Positions 23,999 through 37,660 are shown, counted from the stretch's first letter. The stretch: DNA of 64,000 bases from Octopus sinensis (GCF_006345805.1 NC_043000.1:22382001-22446000); one strand, 5' to 3'. Numbers and translations are program-made. Notes: generated from the sequence alone by a model not told the origin.

Positions 23999-24784
23999 GT
24001 TTTGTCTTTACTGATGAGTTGATGTTTTCTACATGAAAGCATGCTGCAGTTTCACCTGTTTTATCAATTTTAACAGGCTTCCAATTTTTAGCTATCATCT
24101 TTAATTATAAGGGGGTCACATGATCAAATATATAACATGAATTTTTGTCACAGATGTAATTAGTATAACTCTAAAGTTCAGGAAATGAGGAGATATAAGG
24201 ACTGTGCACTGGTACCAACTGTTTTGTTGAGACTTCACTGAATATTCAAAGTGCTTCTACTGTAGTGTGATTCCATCAAAGGATGATCATATGTTGGATG
24301 CGTATAAAGTTCTGGACCTTAATACTGTCACTTGCCTGATCCATTACTTCCACCCACAAAAATACAAAAGTTTCAGAAAATATCAGTTATAAATTATATT
24401 AAGAAAAAATTTTGTCCATGAAGACATGGATATGCCAAGTTACCATAACAGTATGTAACTACATATTTTTTAAAAATATGTTTATACTTGAAAAATATTT
24501 AAAAAAAACATTAAATTTAGACTAAAAATTTCTCATCATTACTCAACATAAATCCTATTCTTGTTAGCTTTTCCAAGACAAGCTATAGCTCATAGCTGAA
24601 GGTTCTGGCCATGTAATCAATCTCCAGACACTCCTATGGTTACCAGCAGCCAATGACCATTAGGATATAGCTAATGCTGCCCTACTTAATTATATATTGT
24701 AAATAAAATACCTAACAAAGACAAAAAAAACAAAAAACAAAAAGCCCAACTATTCTCTTCACATCCTTTTTGTTACTACACTCA

Positions 24785-24921
24785 GGAAGGGCATCCAGCT
24801 GTAGAAACACTGCCAGATCAGACTGGAGTCTGGCGCAGCCTCCTGGCTTCCCAGACCCCGGTCAAACTGTCAAACCCATGCTAGCATGGAAAACGGACGT
24901 TAAACGATGATGATGATGATG
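24785..24921 (+). mobile_element. RTE 3'-tail repeat, family B (young, 5'-truncated)
   Basis: GGAAGGGCATCCAGCTGTAGAAACACTGCCAGATCAGACTGGAG..GGACGTTAAAC(GAT)n. Confidence 0.88.
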
Positions 24922-25469
24922 AGTTTTGAAATTTTTGAAGTTTATTTTGAATAATTAAAAATTTTATACTACAGCCTGATGAAATTTTGAATTTAGCTTA
25001 CAGAATCCACATTTGGAACTGAGAATAATTAGGACGAATAATGCAGGAAACTGATAGACAACTTTAAGAGCTATAAACACATTATTCAACTTCCATAAAG
25101 AGATACTGAATTTAATTTATTTTTGACTTGGATTTATCACAATGTTACTGATTGGTAGCCATGAACCATACCGCAGTAGTCCTGGCTACGGAGGTGGTTA
25201 GCTGCTTTCTGTTTAGAAGCTACCCAACAATCATTCTGGGATAACATTGTACACTCTCTTTATGTTACTGTAATGTGTTGAGAGCAGAATGTATGGGTTG
25301 GTGAAATGGAATGTAGTCTTTCTAAGACCTTTGATGAGGTGAACTGAAATTGCCAAATCTGGTGTGGTTCCTATTTTAGCAAAGGTACTTTTACTCAGCT
25401 TTTTCATAAGCTGGGATTTCAGCTGTACTCAGCAGAGAAGCTGAGTATGATTGCTATGTTACAATTCCT

Positions 25470-25695
25470 TAACCTTTTCGTTACCAACCCGGCTGAAACC
25501 GCCTCTAGTACTGTAGTACAAATGTCTTGTTTTCATAAGTTTTGAATTAAAATCTTCCACCAAACCATTAGTCACAATTTATGTTCCTAACACTAGCTTA
25601 ATGATAACGAAGTTGTTTTACTAAATTCTTTGTTATATTTAAAGTAAATGAAAGAAACAGAGCCTCTCAAAATAAATAAGTAACAAAAGGGTTAA
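25470..25695. mobile_element. piggyBac-type MITE
   Basis: TTAA-CCTTTTCGTTAC ... GTAACAAAAGGG-TTAA. Body matches 14613-14820. Confidence 0.75.
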
Positions 25696-26099
25696 GATCG
25701 CAAGCTTTTTAAATGAATGAAAGGTGTCTCACCAACTCTTGTAAAATTGTGAGTGTGTGTTTATTGCGCCTCTAGAATGTTTTGGAACAAGGGGGTTCTT
25801 GGTTGTTGACCACACAGAGAATTGTGAGTAGTGTTTGAGGTTTCTCTATTTTGTGGTTTTAGATGATAAATTTTGTGAAAAAGTTTTATAAAAACTTTTG
25901 ATTTTATGGCTAGTATGTATAATTAATAAAGTAGTGGCAGACATGGCTATAGCTAAGTTTGCTTCTCAACCACATGTTTTTTTTTAGTTCAGTCCCATTG
26001 CATAGTAACTCGGGCAAGTGTCTTCTACTATAACCCCAAGCTGATCAAAGCCTTGTGAGTGGATTTGGGAGAAGGAAAGATGCCTGCCACTTGTGTCTA

Positions 26100-26350
26100 T
26101 GTCATTATCATTGTTTAATGTCTGCTTTCCATCCTGGCATGGGTTGGACGGTTTGACAGAGGACTGGCAAGCCAGTAGGCTGCGCCAGGCTCAATCTGAT
26201 CTGGCAAGGTTTCTACAGCTGGACGCCTTAATGCCAACCACTCCGAAAGTAGTGGGTGCTTTTTATGACACAGGAGCCAGTCAGGGGGCACTGGCATCGA
26301 CCACGTTTGGATGGTGCTTTTTACATGCCACTGGCACAGGAGCCAGTCAG
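26100..26350 (-). mobile_element. RTE 3'-tail repeat, family B
   Basis: Same motifs as 18030-18205, with repeated GCACAGGAGCCAGTCAGG units. Confidence 0.8.
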
Positions 26351-27410
26351 GGGCCATGTTTGTTAATGTCATGTTAACCTGACATTGCACAACAGCTGTG
26401 AACAAGTGTCACCAACATGCAAATGGTGTCCTTTGTTGTCAATCTTTTGTGAAAATATGTTTAGTCATGGGGAAATATTACCATGCCAAAATTTCGACAG
26501 ACATTTTGCAAACATGGAAAAGTGGATGTCAAACAGCAGACAATGATCTTGTAGTTCATGATGCAGCTAATTTAAAATTGCTAACACTACTGGTCTTTTG
26601 AAACCTTAGAAATTTTAGGTGGATAATAATGTTCACTGGTTTTCAACTGCTCTTTGTTCTCCTTTTTATTTAATTTTTTTTTTGTTGCATAGTTATAATT
26701 GATGGCTTTCCCTTTACAACTGGGTATCTGTAAACTGAAGAAAAAATTTTTATTCAGCTCTTTGGTTATACAACCAGATGCAATCCATATAATAAATGCT
26801 CCAGAGGAGCCACACCTCTGCTTAGCTGAAAAGGACACATTCTTTATGGCTTAGTCAGTGGAAGTGCAGTTCCCAGATCCTCCAAAATTGATGGTGGGGA
26901 GAGGAATAAGGAAACAATGACTCATGGGACACCCTCATACCAAACACCAAAACTGAATGTTCACAACAGAGTGGACTCAGGATCAAGTTATCATAATTTA
27001 ATGACAATTTTCCTTGCTGGCATGGGTTGGATGATTTGACAGGATCCAGCAAGCTACAAAGCTTCATCTGCTTTGGCATGGTTGGATACACTTCCTAAAG
27101 CCAACCACTTTAAAGTGTATACTGAATGCTTTTTTTTTATGCAACTGGTAACAGTGAGGCCACCAAATAACTTGCAAGACAAAGGTAAGAACAGGCAAAA
27201 GCCTCTTTGACCGAGTGTGAGTGAAGGGGGTGGGTGGTATGCCAGGAGTTGAAAGGCTAAAGTATGTTAGAGGGACAAGCCCAGGTACCTTGCTATGCAA
27301 GAGATAACTCGGCTACCCAAGTTGTGGTGTTAACTCTAAGTATCATGTAAAAAAAAAGACCACCCAACTAATTGGTATAGAGTTGCTACTGCATATTCTA
27401 ACCTTTAGCC

Positions 27411-27723
27411 CAGTGGTTCTCAACTGGGGTCCACACAACAAAATAGTAAATTGGGGATCCACAATAGAATTTTAAGGGCCCCTGAAAAATTTTTGCTTTA
27501 GATGTATATATTGGTTTGTATTGCAAGAAACAGCTAGGTTTCTTTCTCCAACACTTTACACGGTTCAACCCACACAAGTTAGTGTGTGAAAAGCAAAATA
27601 AGAACTTTGAAAGAAGTTTCTACAAAATTAGTTTTTAAACGTGGATTGACTGTGGAGGGTCCACCACAATAAAATAGTAATCAAAGGGGTTCATAGATAA
27701 AAAAACATAGTTGAGAACCCTTG
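27411..27723. mobile_element. hAT (Charlie-like) MITE
   Basis: TIRs CAGTGGTTCTCAAC / GTTGAGAACCCTTG. Second copy at about 40745-41083. TSD not preserved. Confidence 0.75.
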
Positions 27724-27749
27724 CCCAATGAAGGAACAGATGTGCTGTC

Positions 27750-28130
27750 CTCTTGGTCGTTATCGTTCAATCTCCTCTCTACACCCATATATCAATCTCC
27801 CTGGGCCATGCACTAACCCTTCTGCTAAGCCCCCCAACTCCCACCAAGTTGTTTCACTGGAATTCCTCCTGTTCACTTAAAGTTGTCAAAAAGTACATCA
27901 CCCACATCGATGTCATCTACCCCAAGGGATTTGAAGAGGTCATGGGCTCTGCCCCTCCTTCCAGACCAAACCATGAGATATATAAGTTTTCATGTTTTTT
28001 TTCTTCTTGTATATGTCCAAAGACTTTCCAGCCACGATTCCGCCATCCCTTTATACAAGAAAGTATGGTATAATTTTGAAGGATATCTGGCTGCTGCTAC
28101 TTCTAGCAGATAGACCAACCACTTAAAAAC
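27750..28130 (-). mobile_element. Possible decayed Gypsy gag fragment
   Basis: Frameshifted peptides MAESWLESLWTY and LIYLMVWSGRRGRAHDLFKSLGVDDIDVGDVLFDNFK resemble Gypsy gag N-termini. Recognised by eye only. Confidence 0.4.
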
Positions 28131-28766
28131 TCCTTTCAATGGCTTGTCTGGAATGCTTTCTATTAGATAATTCTCATGATAATGTAACAAAAGAACAAGT
28201 ATTGACATTTAGCTAGTAAACAAAACTAGTTTCACAGATACCATTTCAACAATGTGACGTCGACTTACAAAAGGTTATAATGAAACTGAGATAATATAAC
28301 GGAGGCTGGGGTTTGACTCATCTGATGGTATATTTCTTAAAATACCGTTTAACATATCCAAATATATTTATTGGTAGTTTCAGATTAAGCAGTCTCTGTC
28401 CTGTAACGAGAAATTGAATTTGTGATCTTCCCCATCCCGTCCATTAATGAGAGGAATAAACATATACTTATGAATGATTTAATTTTCTTTCTTTTAATCA
28501 GAGTCCTTAACATTCACACAGCTATTTTAGTCTTGCTGGACATCATCATCCTTTTATTTTTATATTTCAGAATTCCTGATTAAAATATAGATATGAATAT
28601 CTTTGATAAAACGTTTAGAGTATTATTCATCTTCACATTTAACTGACATTTTTTTTCAATTTGTATTATAATGCAAAGTCACCCTGAAAGCGTAAGAATC
28701 CAAATTAATATATAAAAAAGTGAAGTTGATGGGAGGGTTGACTATGGAAACATCCGCCAAAAATAC

Positions 28767-29051
28767 GGTACTACTAGCGAACAGTGGCCCCGGTGCGCGC
28801 ATCCGCGCTAAGCTAGTCGTAAGTAGTCGATCCTACAATGACTTTTTAACCCTAACCTTAACCCTTGTTTATAAAAATAATTTATTTACTTAGTTTAAAA
28901 AATTATTTACTTTGTTCGAAAAATATTATTTAATTTTCTTTGATATGTATTCAGCCTTGAAATACAAACAGAAGAGCAAGTCGTAGGATCGACTACTTAC
29001 GACTGGCTTGCGCGAGTGCGCGCACCGGGACCACTGTTCGCTAGTAGTACC
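28767..29051. mobile_element. Mutator (MULE)-type MITE, 285 bp
   Basis: About 70-bp GC-rich TIRs starting GGTACTACTAG. Perfect 9-bp TSD CAAAAATAC at 28758-28766 and 29052-29060. Confidence 0.9.
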
Positions 29052-29569
29052 CAAAAATACATATTGTTTCAAATTCAAATATCTTATTAACGTCGATCAT
29101 TTGTGTTGAATATTAAAATCAAATCAGCGGACGAATTTAATATCTATCTGAGGCTATGATCTCTAAGGTTATTTACAAAACAATTCCATAGATTGTGAAA
29201 CCCTTTGACTATAAATAAACCAAGTACGAGCGGGCAATTAAGGAGTTCTGACTGAGTGGTGAGAGAAGGCGACATTAGGCTTGTAAAGGTAACCTAGATG
29301 TTGAATGGAATTTATTAAGAGGATTGATGAGCTCCTGCTCATAATTGGCAAGTTTATTGAGCAACACGCAAGAGATGAGCAGATTTTTTTTTTTTTTGTA
29401 ATTAGCGAAGACGCAATTATATAATATGAATTTGTATAAATGCTAAGAAACAGTAAGTAATTTTCGGTAACTGAACGACGGAATGACACTGAGGAGAAAT
29501 TGATAAAGAAGAACGGTTCATTGTTGTACGAGATGTATCCTAAAGAAGTGTTAGCAATTATCTCCCTTA

Positions 29570-29585
29570 GCCTCTAGGTGGCAGT
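29570..29585 (+). promoter_or_regulatory. CTCF-like motif
   Basis: CCTCTAGGTGGCAGT closely matches CCASYAGRKGGCRS, at the edge of the CpG-rich region. Confidence 0.5.
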
Positions 29586-31000
29586 CGTGTACAAAGATGT
29601 GCAGCGGCGTCCATTCTGAAATTGTTCTGCGCATGTGATCCTGTTAAGAGAAGATAAAAACTTGATACGATAACCGTTTTGTATTCTAAGGTAAGTAAAG
29701 ATCGCTAGGGATAATGGAATCAGCTCGGTATCTGTTTTGGAGGAAAAAAAAAAAAAAAAAAAAAAAAATTTATGAAAAATAGTCGGACCTCCCCCCCCCC
29801 CCGTTCTCCTCAGAAACCAATTACCGCGCGCTCGCCTTTCTACTCCCGGAAAATTGTGATGGACGCTTACTGCAGTCACCAGTGAAACAACAACTTCCAG
29901 CGTCAAAACCGTCAGGCAAGCGATTTCTTTGTATAAATATCTACCAACAGTGACGATACAGCGTATCGTTCGAGGTGTGATCGTAGCAAGGAATGAAAGA
30001 ACTCGTCGAGTAAACGCATATTTTACCGAAACATCCAATTCACACACGGATGTGTCTTTCAGTTTATATGGGGGTATATATATAAAGATATAACATGATA
30101 CATATCACTAAAAATGGGATCTAGGAAAGATATTAACTTGCACGAACAGAAACAGTAATATTTCTTAAAGCCTCTCCTTATCGTGTAACCTACCTGAGAT
30201 ATTGTGTTTGACTCTTGAATCCTTAAGTTGAAAGACGAATTACGTCACGATCCTCTCATGTCGTCCATTTTTCTTTTTACTCCGCCAAACTAGGTGTGAC
30301 TGAAAGAGTTAACAAAGACAAAACGGGTTGTTCATTTAAGAAATACCTATTCTTCCATTGCTCGGAGATTGTATAGCAGCAAAGATATTTCAAGAGGCCC
30401 TGCTCGTTAACCTGTACGACTCAGGGTGAGATAGTAGGCGCGCGTGTCTGTATGATGTATATAGACAGACCGACGGACATATTGACGTCTATATATACAT
30501 ACACACACACGCATTGATCCGTAGGTATTTTGTTCTGGGGAAATTGGTTCCCTCCATGCCGTTGAAACTGTTCATCAGAGACGAGCAACGAGAGAGATAT
30601 GTTTAACGTGCTATCGCCGGCGCGACTCTATGTTTACTACATTTCGCGCAAGCCCAAGCGCAGTCGCAATCCCCAATCCTTAACGCCACCACTACCGGCC
30701 CTCTCACTCCATGACTATCTCTTTGTCTCTTCTCTCTCTCTCGTATTTTTCTCTTTTTTTCCCCTCTCTTTCATCATTTCCCTCTATTTCTATTTCTCCT
30801 TGTGCGTGCACACACAATTTCAAAATCAATTCTAAATCGCTCATTTCGCTTAATTCATCTCGTTTTTATACGTACGTACACGCATCACACCATCGACATT
30901 GTCGTCACTATCTCTTGTCAGTTGTGTTGCACGAATGACCACACCTATATTCTTCCTTTCACGTATCCATTTCTCCGGTTGTTCTCGCGGTCGTGTCATA
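29580..31000. promoter_or_regulatory. CpG-rich promoter region upstream of NRF1
   Basis: High CpG density against background and no SINEs. E2F site TTTCGCGC at 30642-30649, CRE-like TTACGTCA at 30240-30247. Donors on both strands. Confidence 0.65.
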
Positions 31001-33139
31001 AAATAGTTAAAATATTTACACAACCAATGCAAATCAATCACACTGACACTAAATGATCCTTGGGGGTCAGCAGATATCGAGGTCAAGACCCTCTGCTCAG
31101 CATATAATATATAATCACATACAAACACTTTATCATTGCTCTCCTAGAAACCAATTTTTCATTTTCAAAACATTAAACTAAGCCCCCACCTCTTATTAAC
31201 ACTACTCTGACTCCCTCTCACCTTTGACCTAATTATGTTTGAATTACCCCAATACATTTTCAGAGTTTAGGGTTTTCCTCTAAATAGTCAATCAGACTGT
31301 TATGCTGGTTTTCAAAACAAAAACAATCTTAATAGTCAGTTGGAAACGAGGGAAAAATTTTCTCCTCTGCTTTTTTTTTAAAGTAGAAGTCCGAAATGTA
31401 TTTTTTAAATGTTTATAAGTTCCCAAAGATTGAATCGATGTTACTGGCGACTCCTCAAACTATATAAATTCTGTAAAATAGTCTCTGTTGTTACATTATG
31501 TTTTGTTCTTTTTTACCCTTGCCTCCGACCGCATGGCTTAGACTCTATTCGTATAGACTCCAGTTTCTAGATTACCAAAATTTCATGAGTTAATACCGAC
31601 ACTATGATCATAACCGAAGTTGTTCTAAATCGCTCATATGCCCGACCAAATAATGGACCCTTGGGTAAATCAAGACTAGATCCTCAGCAATTCAATTATC
31701 TCAGTTCCAGTTTTCACTCTTTGCCTAATTTGCTTAGAATTTCAGTGGCTACTCCTTTGTGTGTGCGTGGGGGCACTTATCAATAGTTCCTGAATATTGC
31801 CCTTCATTTAAGTCAGTTTTCACAGCATCAACATTGGTAAATAATTCATGAATTCCCATTCATTATATTAGATCTCTTTTTTCGTAAATGGAAATATATT
31901 ACCGCAGATTTTTATAATCGTACATCAATCAAATTTCCTTTGCAGAACAACAGTAATTTTGGAATTGCTCATCCGATTTCGCATCTTAAGGATTCACTTT
32001 TCATTCCACATCTAACAATTTGGCTTCTTTTACATTCCCACTCACCGAAGATACTTCCACAACATTTGTGTGGTTGCTTAACCCATTAGAAATAGCAGCC
32101 TAATTTCCTACAGCATATAGTAAAGATCACGTTTCATAATTAAACACTCCCGTATAACTTTTTATACACAGTTTCTTCGGATTTTGTCATTTTAGTATCG
32201 ATTTTTAAAAATCATTGTTTTGCTTTTTATTATTATATTTCGTTTGCATTGTAGCTATATAAATATAAAAATATTTTTTGTTTGCATTTAGTTAACACTT
32301 AGTTCTTATGCCATGCTATAGAGAGACAGCAAGACTAAAACATATAATTTGCAATGTTTGCTATTTTATGGAGCCAACTAGTATGAAATTTATTTATAAA
32401 AATAAAAGGATTAAAGACTGGCAATCAACAGAAATTCTTCAAGAAACTGCTCGAAGTACATGAATTCAGCAATACGGGTTACAATAATAAACCAGCTTAT
32501 TCCATTCAGAGATTTGAACCAATTTTTTGTCTGCAACTACGCGGATTCCGGTCTATTAGGATAACGATCTATTATTTCTTCCTTTAAAATAACTTTACAT
32601 TGAAATTTAAGATTTTCCGTACAGCCAAGTTGTTCGTTCCAACTAGGAGGGAAATGTCAAACTAAATTATCTAAATTTAACCCATTAGTCCATTTGAGTT
32701 GTTTCCCTTCGCTCTTTTTTTTTTTTAATCATATGTCAAGCTGAAGTAAAAGTGTAAAACACGGAATAGTATTACTGAAAATCGAAATTACTGGAATTAT
32801 AATATACAACAAACGATACATGATTCAATAAATTAATAAACAAACGAATGTTCAGTAATAATAGACAAATGTCTATGAGAAAAAAAATCATTTAAGAATT
32901 ATTAACAAAATAAGATTAGTAGCGAATGCTATTGAATCAATCACAAGGCAGTTTCGATTCTCTATTCAAACCGGTTTGCCTATTAATTCGCTTGGCAAAA
33001 ATATGAATGTCACAGCGTCACATTTCGTGGACAAATTTAGTCTTTGTGTCTACTTAAATATATTAAATTGATATTTCACTTAAAAGATTACAGAATTAAA
33101 ACTTCATTTATGAAGCTGCTTTTTATTCTCTCTATCATA

Positions 33140-33350
33140 AATATTGGCACAAGGCCAGTAAGTTCAATGGGGTGGGGGTTGAGTTCGATTACTTCGACCT
33201 TAGTGATAAACCAGTACTTATCTTATCGACCTCGAAAGGATGAAAGGCTAAGTCGACCCCCTGCGAGATTTGAACTCAGAACGTAAAGACGGACGAAATG
33301 CCGCTAAGCACTTTGTCCGGCCTGCTAACAATTCTTCCAGTCCACCGCCT
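33140..33350 (-). mobile_element. SINE family C
   Basis: Reverse complement CAGTACTTATCTTATCGACC.CGAAAGGATGAAAGGC..GTCGACC..TTTGAACTCAGAACG. Confidence 0.8.
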
Positions 33351-34524
33351 TAAAAGGATACGGTAAAGATCCTTCCCGAGTCATACAAACTCAGGGTCGG
33401 TTTCCGTGACGCATATATTCCCCACTGGACGGGACGCCGGTCCGTCTCAGGATTATTCTTTTTTGTCAGCAAAGTAGACGGGAGCAGCGTGAAACGAAGT
33501 GTTTCGCTTAAGAACATAATGCATCGTCCCACCTCTAATTTCCTATCATAAATATAGTAAAAATTTGCATGTCTCAAAAGTTTAGATGTCACTACTTAAA
33601 GAATATATCGTCTATTGTCATTTATTTATATAAAGATTTGTTACAGGAACCGATTTTTAAAAAAATATTAAGCCGTTTCTGGATTGTTAATTCTTCAAGA
33701 TTCTAAAATATTTCCTGAACTGTTTTATTGAGTTTTCTTTAATAACTCCTCATTTCTGATCGGTTAAGATTTTAAGATTTTATTTTTGAAATCAAGGAAA
33801 TTGCAAGTCAGTAATTTTTTTTTTTTTTAAGTAGGAAAGAGGTTTCTTGTCTCTGAATTAAAATAAAATTTCACCGATTAGAAGGAAAGTGATGGGAGAG
33901 TTGAGTCATTTTCTTGTATTTCCATATTCGGTTTCGAGATAGCTAATCGTCATCACCCCATCCTTCCCTCCCAAGGTAAAAAGAGAAGATTGCAGCACAA
34001 TTTCAGTTCTCTTTTGAAGCCCATTTATTTTACCTCAGCCGTTAATGAATTCTATAGTCTTAATTTCTCTTTCATAATTCTGAAGTTTGATATCTTTAAG
34101 AAATCGTTATTTCGTGCTTTCTTCATTGTTCCTACTTAATTTGACTTAGTTTTCTATTCTTACGGGTTCAAAATAATGCCATTGATTGAGCTAACGCTGA
34201 AGGCCTTTATGTAATCGATCGACCTAAAAGAAATAGCAGCTAAATCTCTTTCCAATCGCATCATTTTAAATAAAAACAATTCAAATAACGTCATCCTAGA
34301 TTTCCCTCTAAAAAGTAGTTTATCACTGCCAGAATGACTTAGATCTGTTTGTTCATAGCTAATCTAGAGCTGAACAACAACAACAACAAAATAATTGTCA
34401 GTAATATATTGAGATTGATTTAATTAATTGTATGTTCTCCCCACCAAACATTTCCCTGCCAAAAGAAACATTACTAAGTAACCCATCAAAATGTTTTCAG
34501 AGAAGATAACATTTTGATTTTTAT

Positions 34525-34785
34525 CTTTTACTTGTTCCAGTCATTAAACTGTGGCCATGCTGGGGCACTGCCTTGAAGAATATTTGGTCAAATGAATTGA
34601 CCTCAGTACTTATTTATTTTGTAATGCCTGGTACTTATTCTATCAGTCTTTTTTCCTGAATCACTAAGTTAGAAGGACATAAACACTTCAACACTGGTTG
34701 TGAAGTAGTGGTGGGGGACAAACACACACACACACACACACAACTATATATACATACATACATACATACAACAGGCTTCTTGGTC
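34525..34785 (-). mobile_element. SINE family A, 3' part
   Basis: CAGTCATT..ACTGTGGCCATGCTGG tail and (CA)n body, reverse complement. Confidence 0.75.
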
Positions 34786-35887
34786 ATTGCCTCCGTAAGG
34801 CTCAATACTTGAAAGGAACTTGGCCACTTTGCCCCCATGCATGGAAATTTATGTGGTTAATTTGTGTTATGAAGATGATCAAACAGATGGACACAACTCA
34901 CAAGTTGTATACATCTGACTACTTTTTTAATCACTTTTCCCCACTTAACTAAAGACAACCTGAAAAATGGAAAGCTAACTTTTGTTTGGATTTGAACTCA
35001 GTAAATTATAAGCCATATTAATTTTTATAATTCATCTTTTTTACATTTCTAAACCACAGCATTATTTTTATTTCTTTCTTGACATGAGAATGACATGGGA
35101 GTGTCTGTGCAACTTGGTTGGAATAAATATCGCCTGGTATTTTCGTATGATGCACTGATTTCTTGCTAATGTGTATATATTTCACTTATACATGTACATA
35201 TGGTAGACTTTCTGCAAAGTTTCTGTTGATCAAATTCCACTCAAAAGGTACTGTTATTGAAAACACTTGCCCAAGGTGTTTGTTGTGCAATGGAGATAAC
35301 CCACGATCATGTGGTTGTGAAATATATTTGTGAACCATACAGGCATACCTATCATAAACCAATGCTGTTACTCAATGTTCAAAGCTTCTACAAATTTGTA
35401 GATCCCTGAATATTTACTGATACCAACACAACTAAACATTTAAATGAGCTCGTTTTAAAAGAGAAAACTGTGTTGATATGTGCATGATAGGTATAATGAA
35501 TGATAGTTGAATGATGAAGGGTCAAGAAATCTTAGTGAAGGAGCTAGTGGAAGAAGAAGACCTAGGAAGAAGTGATGAAGGCTGATCTCAGAATGCTGAA
35601 CATCATGCAAGAGATGATAAGTGGCGAGGTATTTTGATAGGTGCACCTATTCAGCTAACATGGAGAAATGAATGTTAAACAACAATAATGTGTATCTATG
35701 TTTAAAATATATAATCATTGAGTAGTATAAAAATCAAAGACTATATCTCCAAGTTCTTGATAGTACAATGCATTTATCTAATTTACTGCATAGCTTCAAA
35801 CAATTATCAAGTTCTTGAAAGTACCCATTTAGTTAGCTGCTAAAATATTAAGAAAATGCAGAGCATAATCATGTAAAAAAATATACA

Positions 35888-36290
35888 TAGGCGCAGGAGT
35901 GGCTGTGTGGTAAGTAGCTTGCTAACCAACCACTTGGTTCCGGGTTCAGTCCCACTGCGTGGCATCTTGGGCAAGTGTCTTCTACTATAGCCCCGGGCCG
36001 ACCAATGCTTTGTGAGTGGATTTGGTAGACGGAAACTGAAAGAAGCCTGTCGTATATATATATATATGTGTGTGTATGTGTTTGTGCGTCTGTGTTTGTC
36101 CCCCTAGCATTGCTTGACAACCGATGCTGTTGTGTTTACGTCCCTGTCACTTAGCAGTTCGGCAAAAGAGACCGATAGAATAAGTACTGGGCTTACAAAG
36201 AATAAGTCCCGGGGTCGATTTGCTTGACTAAAGGCGGTGCTCCAGCATGGCCGCAGTCAAATGACTGAAATGAGTAAATGAGAGAATGAG
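35888..36290 (+). mobile_element. SINE family A, full-length reference copy (tRNA head, CORE-like, OR2-like)
   Basis: A box GTGGCTGTGTGG, B box GGTTCAGTCCC, CORE-like TCTTGGGCAAGT, TA/TG microsatellite, tail (GAGTAAAT/GAGAAT). Family name tentative. Confidence 0.9.
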
Positions 36291-36419
36291 TATCTCAATT
36301 GACAAAGACCAAGCTAATTTTCAAAATGTTGTTAGTATGATAGCTGTTAAGAAATTGCTCATATATCAACACAAATGCATTCTGTGTGAATTGAAAGGTT
36401 TATCTCATGGAGGCAATGA

Positions 36420-36641
36420 CAATGACTTTTGGCATTGTCATGCTTGAGAAGATCCATCAAGCTGAGCAAAATTGCAGTCATGGCAGATACCGGTATCACA
36501 CAAACGGCACCTGTGCCAGTGGCATGTAGAAGCACCCTTTACACTCTAGCCAAATCAGACTGGAGTCTGGTGCAGCATGCCAGCCCAGTCAAACCGTCCA
36601 ACCCATGATAGCATGGACAACAGACATTAAATGATGATGAT
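36420..36641 (+). mobile_element. RTE 3'-tail repeat, family B
   Basis: GGCACCTGTGCCAGTGGCATGTAG..CCGTCCAACCCATG..(GAT)n. Confidence 0.75.
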
Positions 36642-37022
36642 CTGACTATAAGTAGTTTCTGAAATTGCAGTAAGTTTGATAACTATTTAACTTGATATAA
36701 GTTTAAATAGAAGTAACCAAAATAACTTGTGTTTATCTAAATTACATGTGTGGAGGCACATGGCCTAGTGATTAGATCAGCAGACTCGCGGTCAAAGGAT
36801 CGTGGGTTTGAATCTCAAACCGGGCGATGTGTGAATGTAATGCTGTGAGCATAAAGGAATCTATTTAGAAAAGAATCATGTCGTGAGCACAAGACAACAT
36901 TAGCTCAATAAATAATATTACTTTAATTTGTTTGGGAAGCATGTGGGATTCAATTTGGTTTGATTAAAACAAAGTTCTGTACTAATTCATTATATTTTAA
37001 TTTCAAAAAAATTTTATTTCAG

Positions 37023-37226
37023 GTTGTTTGAGATAATTGATTCTATGTCTTTGTATTGCAGCAGAAAAACTGGTTTTTACTCTATCAAATGATGCGACCT
37101 ACCTGTATCCTAGAGAAGGTGTGAAAAATAGTGAAGCCAAAGAAGACCTGGAGGAAATACATAAATTTTTATGGTTAAAATTGGTACAAGCAGATGTGAA
37201 AACCCAATCTTCAATAATGCAACAAG
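37023..37226 (+). other. Possible NRF1 5'-UTR exon
   Basis: Good acceptor ATTTTATTTCAG at 37021-37022, but only a weak donor AAG|GTTATT. Confidence 0.3.
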
Positions 37227-37261
37227 GTTATTAGCATTGATTATAATAAATATAATTCAAA

Positions 37262-37660
37262 GTGGCGAGCTGGCAGAAATGTTAGTCCGCCAGGCGAAAT
37301 TCTTAGCGGTATTTTGTCTGCCGTAATGTTCTGAGTTCAAATTCCGCCGAGGTCGACTTTGCTTTTCATCCTTTCGGGGTTGATAAATTAAGTACCAGTT
37401 ACGCACTGGGGTCGATATAATCGACTTAATCCATTTGTCTGTCCTTGTTTGTTCTCTCTGTGTTTAGCCCCTTGTGGGTAGTAAAGAAATAGGTATTTTG
37501 TCTGTCTTTATGTTTTGATTTCAAATTCTGCTGAGGTTGACTTTGCCCTTCATCTTTTGGGGTCGATAAATTAAGTACCAGTTGCGTACTGGAGTCGATC
37601 TAATTGATTGGCCCCCTTCCCTGCCAAATAATTTCAGGCCTTATGCCTAGAGTAGAAAAG
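37262..37660 (+). mobile_element. Two tandem SINE family C copies
   Basis: GGCGAGCTGGCAGAA head, and the core repeated at about 37330-37400 and 37520-37590. Confidence 0.85.

Noticed and set aside
24005-24045. CTGATGA...GAAA spacing resembling a hammerhead
   Set aside because: No stem II adjacent to the core and no stem I/III.
29574-30047. 157-aa minus-strand ORF
   Set aside because: GTG start, poly-G and poly-F runs from homopolymers. It is a by-product of the GC-rich promoter.
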